A stretch of DNA of 64,000 nt from Candidatus Kaiserbacteria bacterium (GCA_019634005.1 JAHQWD010000003.1:240539-304538); one strand, 5' to 3'. Positions 29,875 through 40,394 are shown, numbered from the stretch's first letter. The notes: generated by a model from the letters alone, not told the origin. Numbers and translations are program-made.

Positions 29875-30309
29875 TTAAAGAACACCAACTTCTCCGAGTT
29901 TTTCAGCCAAGGCATCCGCCTGACCCTCGATACGTTTCTTGTAATCAGACCATTTATCTTCATCCCAGATTTCGACACGATCATGGATTCCTGCCAGCAC
30001 GACTTTGTCATTGAGCTGTGCAAAGTCTTTGAGGAAATCTGGTACGAGGATACGGCCTACACTGTCTACGCTTACTTCAACCGCTCCTGAAAGGAAAAAT
30101 CGATTGAATCCACGTGTATCCGCCTGTCCGAGTGGGAGTTGTCCGATCTTCTCGGTAATCTTTTGCCACTCTTTTTGCGGATAAATGAAAAGACAGTTAT
30201 CGAGACCACGTGTTATGACAAGTTTCTTTCCGAGTTCCTTTCGCCACTTACTTGGAAGCGACAATCGTTTCTTTGGATCGATACTGTGTGTGTACTCGCC
30301 TATCAGCAT
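29875..30309 (-). CDS. mraZ: Division/cell wall cluster regulator MraZ
   Basis: GEY.H.ID.K.R..LP, TRGLD.CL, D..GRILVP, RVEIW. Confidence 0.97.
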   Translation of the reverse strand: MLIGEYTHSIDPKKRLSLPSKWRKELGKKLVITRGLDNCLFIYPQKEWQKITEKIGQLPLGQADTRGFNRFFLSGAVEVSVDSVGRILVPDFLKDFAQLNDKVVLAGIHDRVEIWDEDKWSDYKKRIEGQADALAEKLGEVGVL

Positions 30310-30320
30310 TACTCTCGATT

Positions 30321-30380
30321 ATACCACTATCTCCCACCACTTGACCATTCTATACCACTTCACCCCACCATATGCCACAG
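30321..30380 (-). promoter_or_regulatory. MraZ operator: six GTGG-type boxes at about 10-bp spacing
   Basis: CCAC (one CCAT) at 30324, 30334, 30345, 30355, 30365 and 30375. Confidence 0.8.
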
Positions 30381-30461
30381 TTATACACATATAGAAAAAC
30401 CGTCGGGGTTGAACCCGACGGTGATCAACGATTCTTCAGTTAGTGAGGAGCTGGCCCCCGT

Positions 30462-30725
30462 CTACTCCTGACGAGGATCTCGCGAGACCTGGCTTCGCTG
30501 TATGATCAGGACGAAACAGATCATGACGACGAAGGCGAAGACTGCAGCAGACAGTGAGATTGTAGCAACCACAATCGAATCTCCTTCCGTGAGACGCTGA
30601 AAGGGTCCTATACTGAAATAGGACCAAATCCCGATCATCAGCGACAAAAGAAATACGCAAAGAGCACTGCTTGCTCCAAAGATAAGAGCGATCATGTTTC
30701 TTCTCCAAAGATCAACCCCTCCCAT
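30462..30725 (-). CDS. Orphan small 2-TM protein
   Basis: Two hydrophobic segments; TTGACT-17-TAGATT overlapping the lysS end; hairpin at about 30396-30422. Confidence 0.5.
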   Translation of the reverse strand: MGGVDLWRRNMIALIFGASSALCVFLLSLMIGIWSYFSIGPFQRLTEGDSIVVATISLSAAVFAFVVMICFVLIIQRSQVSRDPRQE

Positions 30726-30763
30726 AGGGGTTTCTTGTAAGGAAATCTATAATTAAAATCAGG

Positions 30764-32347
30764 TCAAGTCAAGAGTCGCAACCGCTCCGTCACAAACTCC
30801 TTCTCTAGCGTGCTGAGGAACCATCCAACCTTCGGTCCACTCTCCTTTCCTAGGAATACAACATAAATAGCAGAGAAAAACTCTTTTGGAGATAGTCCCG
30901 TCGCTTCTTTCACCTCGTGAATCTTCTCGTGAAGTGTCTGCCCATCAAATACGTCCATACCCTCAACAGCGTCTGCAAGAAGAGATAATGCCTTCTTCTG
31001 TTCTTCAGGTAAGTCTGCAGTTTCTTTTGGAAGTTCTTTTTGGAGCTCAAAAATAAACTTCTCGTCAGCATAGTTGTCCAACCACATGCGTGCATACTTC
31101 GCGCGAAGCGCGATCTCTTCCTTGTCCTCTGAAGTAAGATCCTCCCCCTTCATTTCTCGTACCTCCTCTTCGATATCCATATGTGGCATCTGCACAAAAA
31201 ACGCAATCTGAGAGAAGCGTGGAAGGAATCTCTTTGGGATATTCTCACGCTCTGATGGTAAGTGAGAATACAAGAACACTTGGGTGTCGTCATCCTCTAC
31301 TCCACTCCAATATTTCTCCGCAAGACGATCAAAGGTATCAAAAAGTACAGGGATCGCATCTCCTTCAGGATCGAAACTAATCTGTCGGTTGATTGGTGTT
31401 TTCAAAAGCAGAAGCCTCAGTACATGCACTGGAAGAAGTTCTGCCATCGCTTTTGCAGTCGCTGCATTCCCCTTCGATGAAGACATTTTCTTTCCTCCAA
31501 CGAGGAAGAACTCATTAAAGACACCGCATGGTGGCTCATGTTCTAACACTTCACGTGTGATTGCTTCTGCAACCTGACGTGCCCCACCTTTAGAATAATG
31601 ATCCTTTCCACCCCCCTCAAAGTCCACATCCATTGCTACAAACTTTGCAGCCCAGTCTAACTTCCATGGGAGCTTCCCGTTTCCATCAAAGGGAGAGATC
31701 CGTCCTTCGTGACCACACCCCTCTGCCCACTCCTGTACATTAGACGAACAGGTATATGCCACCGTCTCTCCATCCCAGTCTGTCACTTTCGTAGATGAAA
31801 GCTTCCCGCACTTCTCACACACAACATTAATCGGATACCAATCTTCTGCCTTCTCACTCTTCGACACCTCCATGTAGATACGACGAATCACATCACGGTT
31901 ATCCAACACCTTCCGAATGGACCCATTCATCTTCCCAGACTTGTAGAGCTCACTTGCCCGATATACTTCTGCACCAAAACCGATCTTCTCAAGCACCTCT
32001 ACATACTCCTGTCCGTAGTACTCTGCAAAGTTATCAAATCCTTCTACAGGAGATGGGATCATATTAAGGGGCATACCCATATACTTCTCATACTCTTTCT
32101 CATCCAAATACTTTGGAATACCATCCATCGGATCAAAGTCATTGATCTCAAAAAAGAAGTCGGTCTTGATACCACGCATGCGGAGCACATCTGCAACAAT
32201 GGCATGGAGTGCCGCACTCCGGAGCGACCCGACATGCACATGACCAGACGCGGTCTTTTCATCGCGTACCACCAAAGACTCTCCTTTTTCTATCTTGTCG
32301 CTGTATTTTCGTACAACATCATCGGTAACTTTCTCTGCCCAAAACAT
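30764..32347 (-). CDS. lysS: Class I lysine--tRNA ligase
   Basis: MFWA, SGHVHVG, GKLPWK.DWAA, GKDH, KMSSSKGN, GPK.G.F. Confidence 0.95.
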   Translation of the reverse strand: MFWAEKVTDDVVRKYSDKIEKGESLVVRDEKTASGHVHVGSLRSAALHAIVADVLRMRGIKTDFFFEINDFDPMDGIPKYLDEKEYEKYMGMPLNMIPSPVEGFDNFAEYYGQEYVEVLEKIGFGAEVYRASELYKSGKMNGSIRKVLDNRDVIRRIYMEVSKSEKAEDWYPINVVCEKCGKLSSTKVTDWDGETVAYTCSSNVQEWAEGCGHEGRISPFDGNGKLPWKLDWAAKFVAMDVDFEGGGKDHYSKGGARQVAEAITREVLEHEPPCGVFNEFFLVGGKKMSSSKGNAATAKAMAELLPVHVLRLLLLKTPINRQISFDPEGDAIPVLFDTFDRLAEKYWSGVEDDDTQVFLYSHLPSERENIPKRFLPRFSQIAFFVQMPHMDIEEEVREMKGEDLTSEDKEEIALRAKYARMWLDNYADEKFIFELQKELPKETADLPEEQKKALSLLADAVEGMDVFDGQTLHEKIHEVKEATGLSPKEFFSAIYVVFLGKESGPKVGWFLSTLEKEFVTERLRLLT

Positions 32348-32380
32348 GTTGCTTAGAATAGCGTGGTATAGGGAAAAAGA

Positions 32381-32406
32381 AAAGACCTCGGTTTCCCGAG
32401 GTCTTT
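32381..32406 (-). terminator. Terminator after greA
   Basis: AAAGACCTCGG-tttc-CCGAGGTCTTT. Confidence 0.8.
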
Positions 32407-32409
32407 GCC

Positions 32410-32883
32410 TTACGCTACCTTCAACACCTTGTATGACTGCTTCCCTCCTGGAGTCTCAAAAGTGAACTCGTCTCCCTTTCCTTTCCCCATGAGTGCCTCT
32501 CCCAGTGGTGAGAGGTATGAAAGCTTGTGCTCGTGGATGTTTGCTTCTTCTGAACCAACAATCGTATACGTGTGATTCTCTTTCTCTTTACCTTTCTGAA
32601 TCGTTACCTCAGATCCAAGTCCAACGATGTCTCCCTTCTTTTTGTGTGCAACAATCTTCGCCTCCTTGATCACCTGCTCAAGGTGTCCAATACGCTCCTC
32701 AATGGCAGCCTGCATATCGCGTGCCTCTTGATACTCTGCGTTCTCAGAGAGATCTCCAAGCGAACGTGCATATTCGAGAGACTCTGCGACTTCCTTGCGA
32801 CGAACGGTTTTGAGGTGTTCGAGTTCTGTCTTCAATTCCTCAAACTTCTCGGGTGTAAGGAAAGATTCTTGTACATCGTTCAT
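32410..32883 (-). CDS. greA: Transcription elongation factor GreA
   Basis: AR..GDLSENAEY; S..SPLG.AL.G. Confidence 0.97.
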   Translation of the reverse strand: MNDVQESFLTPEKFEELKTELEHLKTVRRKEVAESLEYARSLGDLSENAEYQEARDMQAAIEERIGHLEQVIKEAKIVAHKKKGDIVGLGSEVTIQKGKEKENHTYTIVGSEEANIHEHKLSYLSPLGEALMGKGKGDEFTFETPGGKQSYKVLKVA

Positions 32884-32959
32884 AAGATTCAGATGAGCGG
32901 TTTAATTAAATAGTGTGTAAATTATACGCACGAAACGTCCAGGGTCAAATGTGTATAAA

Positions 32960-34648
32960 CTACGAGGACACAAAATACTCTGTTCGGTGCTCTCCCATCC
33001 AATCAAAGACCCAGCTCATAATACGTCCTGCAGAGAGTGTATTTGCACGTGGGCCATGCTCCATAAAGAGAATAAAGGCATATTTCGGCTCTTCATACGG
33101 GAAATATCCTGCAATCCAGGAGTTCACAAACTCATTCGCGACACCCACTTCAGCCGTACCAGACTTTGCAGCAATAGCCACATCTTCCCGCTCCAGCGGT
33201 CGTGCAGTACCACCATCCTGCACTACCGTCTGCCGCATACCCTCACGCACAATCTGAAGTGCTTCCTCATCGATATCTATGCGCTCCTCCTCTCCCCTTG
33301 CACCAAGTACCACCTGCGGGGTCACGAGCGTTCCGCCATTGGCAATAGCAGCGTACGCTCGAAGCATTTGTATCGGTGTTGCCTGAAACCCAAATTGTCC
33401 AATAGACGTGAGGTACGTATCTCCAAGGCGCCAATCATCATCAAAGACGTCCATCTTCCATTCTGGACTCGGTACATTTCCACTCGCTTCTCCTTCAAGC
33501 GCAATACCTGTCTTCTCTCCAATTCCAAAGAGATGCATGTATTTATTAATCCGTGTAATACCAAGACCCTCCTGCTCTCCCTCTACCCCACCACCAATAG
33601 TGTAGAAGTATACGTTTGCAGAATATGCGATAGCAGTGCGTGCATCAGTCCACCCATGTGCTCGCCAGTCTCTAAAGATGGTTGGCTTGTCTGGATTGTA
33701 CGGGTTTGGTACCTCAAAGGCTCCATCAGAATATATCTCCTTATACGGAGAGATGATGCCTTCTGCAAGTGCGGCATAGGCTACGAATGGCTTTACAATA
33801 GATCCAGGAATATACGCACCGCCCGTTACCTTGTTCAAGAAGGGATAGCGCTCGTCGGTATTGAGTGCCTCGATAGCCTCAACATCGTCCCCGTCAGAGA
33901 GAATCTCTGGGTCATAAGATGGGAAGCTCGTCATTGCGATAATTTCCCCCGTCTCCACGTCCATAATGGCTCCCGCACCACTTCGAAAGCCCTGTTGTAT
34001 AGTCGAGGTCGCGATGAGATCAAACATGTGTTCTGAAAGCTCTGCGTCCAGAGAAAGCGTCAACTCTCCACCAGAACGAGGCCTATTGGTTGCACTCTCC
34101 GAGAGCACCTCCCCATGTGCAGTTAATTCCACAAGCCGCACTCCATTCTCTCCTTGTAGGAAATCATGAAAACTCTTCTCCACTCCTGTACGTCCCAGAT
34201 ACTCTGTACGGTAGTAGAATCCCGCACTATCCTTCTGCGGATAGCTCACGTAACCAATCAGCTGCCCCAGCCCACGCCTATCAGTGTACGCACGAATTGG
34301 GAAATCATACTGCCCTGTGTGATCCAACTCATTCCACGCCAAAAGTTCTCCATTCCGATCATAGACAATCCCACGCTCTGCCACAATGAGAGACTGTCGT
34401 AGCATGTTATTCGTACTCTGTGCTGCATACTCTTCTCCATTTACCACCTGCAACATAAAGAGTCGGACTAGAAAGACAGCGACAATAATCCCAAAGATAC
34501 TTCCGATAATAAATACACTGCGTTTCCCTATCGGTTTCTCCAGACGCCCCTCCATCTGATGCACATTAAAAGAAGAGAGATTGAGAAGATCAGGGATAAC
34601 CTCATCAAACCCAATCTCTGTATTTCTTTTTTTTCTTTTGAAAAACAT
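32960..34648 (-). CDS. mrdA: Penicillin-binding protein 2
   Basis: PGSIVK, SAN.YFY, SIGQ, KSGTAE; follows mreB-mreC. Confidence 0.9.
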   Translation of the reverse strand: MFFKRKKRNTEIGFDEVIPDLLNLSSFNVHQMEGRLEKPIGKRSVFIIGSIFGIIVAVFLVRLFMLQVVNGEEYAAQSTNNMLRQSLIVAERGIVYDRNGELLAWNELDHTGQYDFPIRAYTDRRGLGQLIGYVSYPQKDSAGFYYRTEYLGRTGVEKSFHDFLQGENGVRLVELTAHGEVLSESATNRPRSGGELTLSLDAELSEHMFDLIATSTIQQGFRSGAGAIMDVETGEIIAMTSFPSYDPEILSDGDDVEAIEALNTDERYPFLNKVTGGAYIPGSIVKPFVAYAALAEGIISPYKEIYSDGAFEVPNPYNPDKPTIFRDWRAHGWTDARTAIAYSANVYFYTIGGGVEGEQEGLGITRINKYMHLFGIGEKTGIALEGEASGNVPSPEWKMDVFDDDWRLGDTYLTSIGQFGFQATPIQMLRAYAAIANGGTLVTPQVVLGARGEEERIDIDEEALQIVREGMRQTVVQDGGTARPLEREDVAIAAKSGTAEVGVANEFVNSWIAGYFPYEEPKYAFILFMEHGPRANTLSAGRIMSWVFDWMGEHRTEYFVSS

Positions 34649-34649
34649 A

Positions 34650-34889
34650 CTAGAAGCGAAGATTTGGTTTGAGAATGCTCATGAGGATAAAGAGTATGGT
34701 AAATGTGACCGTATAAAAAGCACCACCAATCAGTCCTCCAGAACCGAAGTGCACGTCAATGAGTATCGCTATAACAAAAAGTTCATACCCCGTAAAATGC
34801 CAAAGATAGACGGCACTTGCACAGAGGAAAAACCACCACGGAGAGAAGAGTGCTGCGAGAAAAAGGGCTAGGAAGTAGACGATACGCAT
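34650..34889 (-). CDS. Small membrane protein at the mreD position
   Basis: Hydrophobic 79-aa ORF between mreC and mrdA. Confidence 0.55.
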   Translation of the reverse strand: MRIVYFLALFLAALFSPWWFFLCASAVYLWHFTGYELFVIAILIDVHFGSGGLIGGAFYTVTFTILFILMSILKPNLRF

Positions 34890-34903
34890 ACCTTCACAGT
34901 GTA

Positions 34904-35815
34904 TCAAATTCCATCCACTGTTGTCGTCGCCACTTCAATAATGACCTCCTCTGGCACTGGCACAGTAAGTAGTCGTCGCTCTTCTGCCTCAATATTCAAA
35001 AGTGCCTCTTCAAAGGAGACTGACGTTGTCACCTCACGAGACACTGCAAGTACACGAAGGGACTGGAGTGACACCTCCCCAACGATATAGCCATGCTGTT
35101 CTGGCTCGGTAATAACCCGATCCACCGTTGTGATCGTGCCTAACACTCCTGTTTCAAGTGACGGAAGGATCACTATATCTTCTTCAGAAAGTGCTATATC
35201 CTGGGGAACACTCACCCGAACCGTCCCATCCCCCACACCGTATGCAGTGGTGAAAATATCTGGACCGAGAATATACACGGTTGTTTCTACATCTGGTGTT
35301 GAGAAGAGTGTCACAAGCGCACTCCGCTCAAACACTTTGCTCACGAGACCAACCGCACGATCCCCATAGTGATACACCACTGCACCCTCTTTGATGCCAT
35401 CACGAGAACCAGCATCAATAAGGAGTGCGTCATATGGCATGTACGGGGGTTGTGCGATCACCGAGACCGCAATGCGATCTTCTTCCTCTGAACGTCCCAG
35501 TACCCCGCGAAGTTCTTCGTTCTCATTTCGTAGTCGTATAAGTTCTTCAGACTCCACCCCACGCTCTCGGAGTTCTCCCTCAAGTGAAATGATCTGCTCA
35601 CGGAGTGTCTCTCTATCTGAGAAATACGTCGAATCTGAGAGTGTATTCTCTGCTATATACAACGGACGGAGTATCGTAGAAATAGTTGCACCAATAAGTC
35701 CTCGTCCAAAGTAGATAACGAGAAGTGCAATAACAGCAATGAGGATAGTCTTCCCAACCTTAGAGTTGCGGTGATAACTCCCCTTCTTTTTCGACAAGAA
35801 GCTCTGCATATTCAT
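34904..35815 (-). CDS. mreC: Rod shape-determining protein MreC
   Basis: TM, coiled coil (L..EN.ELR..L), ID.G..DGI..G. Confidence 0.88.
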   Translation of the reverse strand: MNMQSFLSKKKGSYHRNSKVGKTILIAVIALLVIYFGRGLIGATISTILRPLYIAENTLSDSTYFSDRETLREQIISLEGELRERGVESEELIRLRNENEELRGVLGRSEEEDRIAVSVIAQPPYMPYDALLIDAGSRDGIKEGAVVYHYGDRAVGLVSKVFERSALVTLFSTPDVETTVYILGPDIFTTAYGVGDGTVRVSVPQDIALSEEDIVILPSLETGVLGTITTVDRVITEPEQHGYIVGEVSLQSLRVLAVSREVTTSVSFEEALLNIEAEERRLLTVPVPEEVIIEVATTTVDGI

Positions 35816-36833
35816 CAAGATTCTCTAATACAATACCATTTCCACGGATAACGGCACGAAGTGGATCAGACACGACAATGACGGGTACCTTCAGTACCTC
35901 CTCTAAAAGATCTGATACACCAGTGATGAGCGCTCCTCCTCCAGAGAGATAGAGTCCTCGCTGCATCACGTCAGCAAGAATCTCAGGTGGCGTGATCTCA
36001 AGTACATCTCGTGCCGCTTCTACAATCGAGTGGATGCACGGCGTGATTGCCTCCCGAATATCTGCGGTAGTAATTACTACCTCTCGCGGAAGTCCTGTTA
36101 CCACATCTCGTCCTCGTACCACCAATTCTTTTGCCTCGCCTTCATCCTCAACAGACGCAAGAAGTACCTTGGTCTCCTCTGCAGTCTTGTTTCCGACCAA
36201 CACCTTAAACTGGTCTCGAATGTAACTGACAATCGCCTGATTTAGGTGATCTCCTGCAACCCGAATATTCTGTGACGCCACGATACCGTTAATTGAAAGC
36301 ACCGCAATGTCAGTGGTACCGCCACCAATGTCGATCACCATACTTCCCTGTGCCTTATGTACAGGAAGCTTTGCACCAATTGCAGCAGCTACTGGCTCTT
36401 CGATCAGAAATACTTCACGTGCACCCGCGTTCTTTGCCGCATCACGTACCGCACGCATCTCTACGTTGGTGATCCCGCTCGGTACCCCGACAAGCACTCT
36501 CGGTGCGACAACGGCACGTGTTCCTTCACGTACCTTTGATATGAAATACGAGAGCATCTCCTCAGTCACCTCAAAGTCTGAGATCACTCCATCGACAAGC
36601 GGGCGCACTACCTCAATATGCTGTGGTGTACGACCGTACATCTCCTGTGCATCCTGCCCCACTGCAACAAGCTGCCCTGTCTTTTTATTAAGCGCCACAA
36701 TCGTTGGCTCATTTAAAACAACCCCCTTCCCTTTGATGTATACCAGTGTATTTGCCGTACCAAGATCAATACCAATGTCTACCGACAGTGCATTCAGAAT
36801 GTTCTCGAACTTTTTTACCAAACTCTTAATCAT
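35760..36833 (-). CDS. mreB: Rod shape-determining protein MreB
   Basis: GIDLGTANT, DGVISDF, DIGGGTTD, GGGAL. Confidence 0.96.
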   Translation of the reverse strand: MIKSLVKKFENILNALSVDIGIDLGTANTLVYIKGKGVVLNEPTIVALNKKTGQLVAVGQDAQEMYGRTPQHIEVVRPLVDGVISDFEVTEEMLSYFISKVREGTRAVVAPRVLVGVPSGITNVEMRAVRDAAKNAGAREVFLIEEPVAAAIGAKLPVHKAQGSMVIDIGGGTTDIAVLSINGIVASQNIRVAGDHLNQAIVSYIRDQFKVLVGNKTAEETKVLLASVEDEGEAKELVVRGRDVVTGLPREVVITTADIREAITPCIHSIVEAARDVLEITPPEILADVMQRGLYLSGGGALITGVSDLLEEVLKVPVIVVSDPLRAVIRGNGIVLENLDEYAELLVEKEGELSPQL

Positions 36834-38097
36834 CGTCTTCTTCGTTAGTTACAAAGTCTTGGAGTAATTCTTCCTCAGACAGCATACGTGTCTCTCCCGT
36901 CACACGGGTTACCACCTCAAATTGCCCCTCCTCTTTTGTACGACGACTCACCACCACACGATATGGCATACCAAGAAGATCACTCTCTGCAAACTTCTCT
37001 CCTGGACGAAGATCACGGTCGTCGTAAAGCACTTCAACACCACGTGCGGTCAGTGCACTATAGATTCCATTGGTATAATCCTTGATCTCCTCATCCTCGC
37101 CATTGAGTCCTACAAGATGTACTTGGAATGGTGCAATACTTTCTGGCCAGACCAGCCCTTTCTCGTCAGAGAAAAGTTCGGTCACCACACCCATAATACG
37201 TGCAGGCCCAATACCGTATGAACCCATCACCACAGGAACACTCTCTCCCGCTTCATTCTTGAAGGTCAGTCCAAGTGGTTCCGAGAATCTTGTCCCTAAT
37301 GAAAAGATGTTCCCCACCTCAGACGCCTCTACTTTTTCGAGCTCATCTTCCGATACTCCGAGATCTTTAAGCACCTCTGGTGTATAGACCTCTTCATTAA
37401 TCGCGATCCCTTTTTCTTTAGATACGTAGATAGTGTCTTCTCCTGCATCTACGATGGTCTGGAACTCATGACTATATTTAGAAAAGACACCTCCTGATGC
37501 AAATGTTTTAAAAGTTTTATCTCCAATACCAATACGATCAAAGATATTCTTGTATGCCTCCGCCATCCGCTCATAGAGTGCTGTGTGCTCCTCCTCATCC
37601 TTTGCAAACGTGTAGAGATCTTTCATCACAAACTCTCGCGTACGCATGATGCCACTCTTGGCACGTGTCTCATTTCGAAACTTCTTTTGGAAGTGATATA
37701 CCTGCCGAGGAAGATCCTTGTGTGAAGAGATGTGATCCTTCATCATCCGCGCCATCGGTTCTTCGTGAGTGAAACCAAGTCCGAGCTCCGTTCCATTCTG
37801 AAGTCTGGTCTTGAACCACACATCTACCTTTTCATCATTCCACCGATCCGTTTCCTTCCATAATTCTGGATCCTGAAGTGCAGAAAGAGAGACTTCCTCA
37901 CCTCCAGCTACATTCATCTCTTCGCGCACAATGTTCTTAATGTTCTCAAAGACAATTCGTCCGAGTGGAAGTAGGGAGTACACTCCCGCTATTTCTTTAT
38001 GAATATACCCCGCACGAATGAGAAGTTGTGCGTTTTTAGACACCTCATCGGATGGTGCCTCTTTTCGTGTTTTAGTAAAAAGTTGAGACTGTTGCAT
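36826..38097 (-). CDS. proS: Proline--tRNA ligase (short form without INS editing domain)
   Basis: LLIRAGYI, THEE, KFR.E.R...G.MR.REF.MKD.Y, GSYGIG..R. Confidence 0.95.
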   Translation of the reverse strand: MQQSQLFTKTRKEAPSDEVSKNAQLLIRAGYIHKEIAGVYSLLPLGRIVFENIKNIVREEMNVAGGEEVSLSALQDPELWKETDRWNDEKVDVWFKTRLQNGTELGLGFTHEEPMARMMKDHISSHKDLPRQVYHFQKKFRNETRAKSGIMRTREFVMKDLYTFAKDEEEHTALYERMAEAYKNIFDRIGIGDKTFKTFASGGVFSKYSHEFQTIVDAGEDTIYVSKEKGIAINEEVYTPEVLKDLGVSEDELEKVEASEVGNIFSLGTRFSEPLGLTFKNEAGESVPVVMGSYGIGPARIMGVVTELFSDEKGLVWPESIAPFQVHLVGLNGEDEEIKDYTNGIYSALTARGVEVLYDDRDLRPGEKFAESDLLGMPYRVVVSRRTKEEGQFEVVTRVTGETRMLSEEELLQDFVTNEEDDD

Positions 38098-38121
38098 AGA
38101 GTTTTTCTATTCTATCTCCTT

Positions 38122-39189
38122 TTAGATGATTCTCAAAATATCATTATACGTCACCGCAATCATCAGAATAATGAGGAGTGCGAACCCTGCGGTGTTCAGG
38201 ATGCCCACCCACTGCGGCGGGATCGGCTTTTGCTTCACTGCCTCAATTGCAACAAAGAGGAGACGTCCTCCATCCAGTGCAGGAACGGGGATGAGATTGA
38301 TCACCGCAAGGTTCAGTGAGATAAACGCAACAAACATCAAGAGTGGCGCAAGACCAAATGACGACACCTCTCCAACGAGACCAACAATGCCGATCGGTCC
38401 TGCTACGTTTGTCAGATCTGCCTCAAGCTGTACCGCTTCCACAATCAACGTGGCAATACCAACGGTAATGTTTCCAAGCGCAACAAAGGTCATCTTTCCT
38501 CCTTCGTACAGCGCCAGATGTATCGGGAGTCGTACGGTATCAATAAGCGCAAGACCGACACCAATTGCCTGCCTATCCTCTCCAGAAATTAGTCCGTCTG
38601 CTGCAGTAATGTCCACGGTCTCCACTTCTCCGTTCACTACATACGTTACCGTAAGTGCTTCTCCATGTGTCTCGGTAAACGCACGGAATCCTTCTGGTGT
38701 AAGTGTCGCTTCTTCATCTCCCGAAGAAACTGCGAGCACCTCAACACCGTGTGCGATGCCCGCCTCAGCCGCTGGACTTCCTTCGAGCACTTCGGTGATC
38801 ACCAGACGAGAAGTCTCCGTTTGTACATCAGCCACCGTCTGATTCCCCATCATCAGCACAATACTGAAGAGCACCCAGGCAAGCACCACATTCATCACAA
38901 CACCCGCAACTAATACCAATGCCTGCGCCCACCGCGGACGTGACGTAAAGGCACGCGGATCTCCTTCCGCAGCCTCACTGTCCTCTCCAAAGATCTTCAC
39001 AAAGCCACCAATCGGAAGCAGGTTGAATGTGTACTCTGTCTCCCCTTTGCGCATCCCAAAGAGTTTTGGAGGAAACCCAAACCCAAACTCATCAACACGC
39101 ATGCCGACTTTCTTAGCGGTAATGAAGTGTCCCCACTCATGCACCAGCACAACCACGAGAAGAACAAGAATGAAGAGGAGTATATTCAT
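38122..39189 (-). CDS. rseP: M50 site-2 protease with PDZ domain
   Basis: HEWGH, LPIGGFV, NLIPVPALDGG. Confidence 0.93.
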   Translation of the reverse strand: MNILLFILVLLVVVLVHEWGHFITAKKVGMRVDEFGFGFPPKLFGMRKGETEYTFNLLPIGGFVKIFGEDSEAAEGDPRAFTSRPRWAQALVLVAGVVMNVVLAWVLFSIVLMMGNQTVADVQTETSRLVITEVLEGSPAAEAGIAHGVEVLAVSSGDEEATLTPEGFRAFTETHGEALTVTYVVNGEVETVDITAADGLISGEDRQAIGVGLALIDTVRLPIHLALYEGGKMTFVALGNITVGIATLIVEAVQLEADLTNVAGPIGIVGLVGEVSSFGLAPLLMFVAFISLNLAVINLIPVPALDGGRLLFVAIEAVKQKPIPPQWVGILNTAGFALLIILMIAVTYNDILRII

Positions 39190-39192
39190 AGA

Positions 39193-39732
39193 CTAAATCT
39201 GTATTTCTTTCTCCTTAGTCTCGTAGAGTGTCTCCATCTGCTTGTTAAAATCATCCACTTTCTTCTGCAGCGTTTCCTTCGCACGGAAGACCTCATCTTT
39301 AGAGAGCTCATCTGCCTCCATCTGCTTGATCGCCTCATCCCGTGCAGTACGAAGAGAGATCCGTCCCTCCTCAAGCTTCTGCTTTGCAAGCTTCATCAAT
39401 TGCTCGCGGCGTTCTGCGGTAAGTTCTGGGAAGCTAACCCGAATACCAGAATCAGAAACATTCACTGAGAGTCCAAGATCTGCATCCAAAAGTGCCCGTT
39501 CTACATCCTGTGCCTGATCTGCATTCCAGACAGAGATAGCAAGTGTACGTGGATCCTCCACGTTTATATTCGCAACCTGATTCAGCGGCACCTGTGCACC
39601 GTAGGAATCAACACGCACATTGTCTAGAAGTGCTGTCGTTGCACGCCCTGTTCTAATCGTTGCAAACTCCTTCTGGAGCCACTCATGCACCTCTTTTGCA
39701 CGAGCTTCAAATGAAGATAAATCGTATGTCAT
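39193..39732 (-). CDS. frr: Ribosome recycling factor
   Basis: IRTGRA, V..YG...PL.Q.A, PELT.ERR. Confidence 0.96.
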   Translation of the reverse strand: MTYDLSSFEARAKEVHEWLQKEFATIRTGRATTALLDNVRVDSYGAQVPLNQVANINVEDPRTLAISVWNADQAQDVERALLDADLGLSVNVSDSGIRVSFPELTAERREQLMKLAKQKLEEGRISLRTARDEAIKQMEADELSKDEVFRAKETLQKKVDDFNKQMETLYETKEKEIQI

Positions 39733-39771
39733 ATACCCCACATTGTAGCGAGGAGTGCCTATGATGGCAAA

Positions 39772-40368
39772 TTACACCGCGAGCATGAGATACTCCAGAA
39801 GCATCTTCCGTGATGCACCTGGTGCTCCAATGTATTTCCGTACGAAGAGTACCGCGCGCAACAATGATTCATTCCGTGTCTCACTCGCCCACTGTTCGGT
39901 ACTCGCAAGGAGATCCTCTATCCACTTCGCGTCATGTTCCTTTGCTTTCTCTGCGATGAGTGATGTCTTTTCTTTATATGATTTCTTAAAAAACTCCTGT
40001 GCGTATACCGACGAGCCTTCTTGCATTTCAGTATCTATAATCATAAGCCGAGACTGTACCGTTGGCATGAGGACTTCTCGTCTTGGCACAATGACATAGA
40101 ACACCGACGTTTCTGCAGGCTCTTCGAGCGTCTTCAAGAGTGCATTCTGCGCCTCAGTGGTTGCATCAAAGAAAGACAGTACAAAACTTCGTGTCTCTTT
40201 CTCCACTGGTCGCTGTGACGCCTCGGTAATCAGGTTCCGTGCATCATCAATAGTGAGACGATCGCATACAATGTGACGAACGTCACTTCCAGGAACGCGC
40301 ACCTCCTCTGGAAGCTGGTTGCATATCGTATCAAAGGACCCTATGTAGAGTGTCGCGTGATGGTGCAT
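39772..40368 (-). CDS. holB: DNA polymerase III delta-prime-like protein (short)
   Basis: TIDDAR, EAQNALLKTLEEP, PTVQSR. Confidence 0.78.
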   Translation of the reverse strand: MHHHATLYIGSFDTICNQLPEEVRVPGSDVRHIVCDRLTIDDARNLITEASQRPVEKETRSFVLSFFDATTEAQNALLKTLEEPAETSVFYVIVPRREVLMPTVQSRLMIIDTEMQEGSSVYAQEFFKKSYKEKTSLIAEKAKEHDAKWIEDLLASTEQWASETRNESLLRAVLFVRKYIGAPGASRKMLLEYLMLAV

Positions 40369-40394
40369 AGAGAAACGATAGCGAAAAATACGGT

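Noticed and set aside
30764..30766. Alternative genetic code (TGA=Gly) as in Gracilibacteria/Absconditabacteria
   Set aside because: Conserved genes are intact under code 11, and TGA terminates lysS, def and priA at the expected ends
32951..34036. 361-aa plus-strand ORF
   Set aside because: Antisense to mrdA; composition is not protein-like
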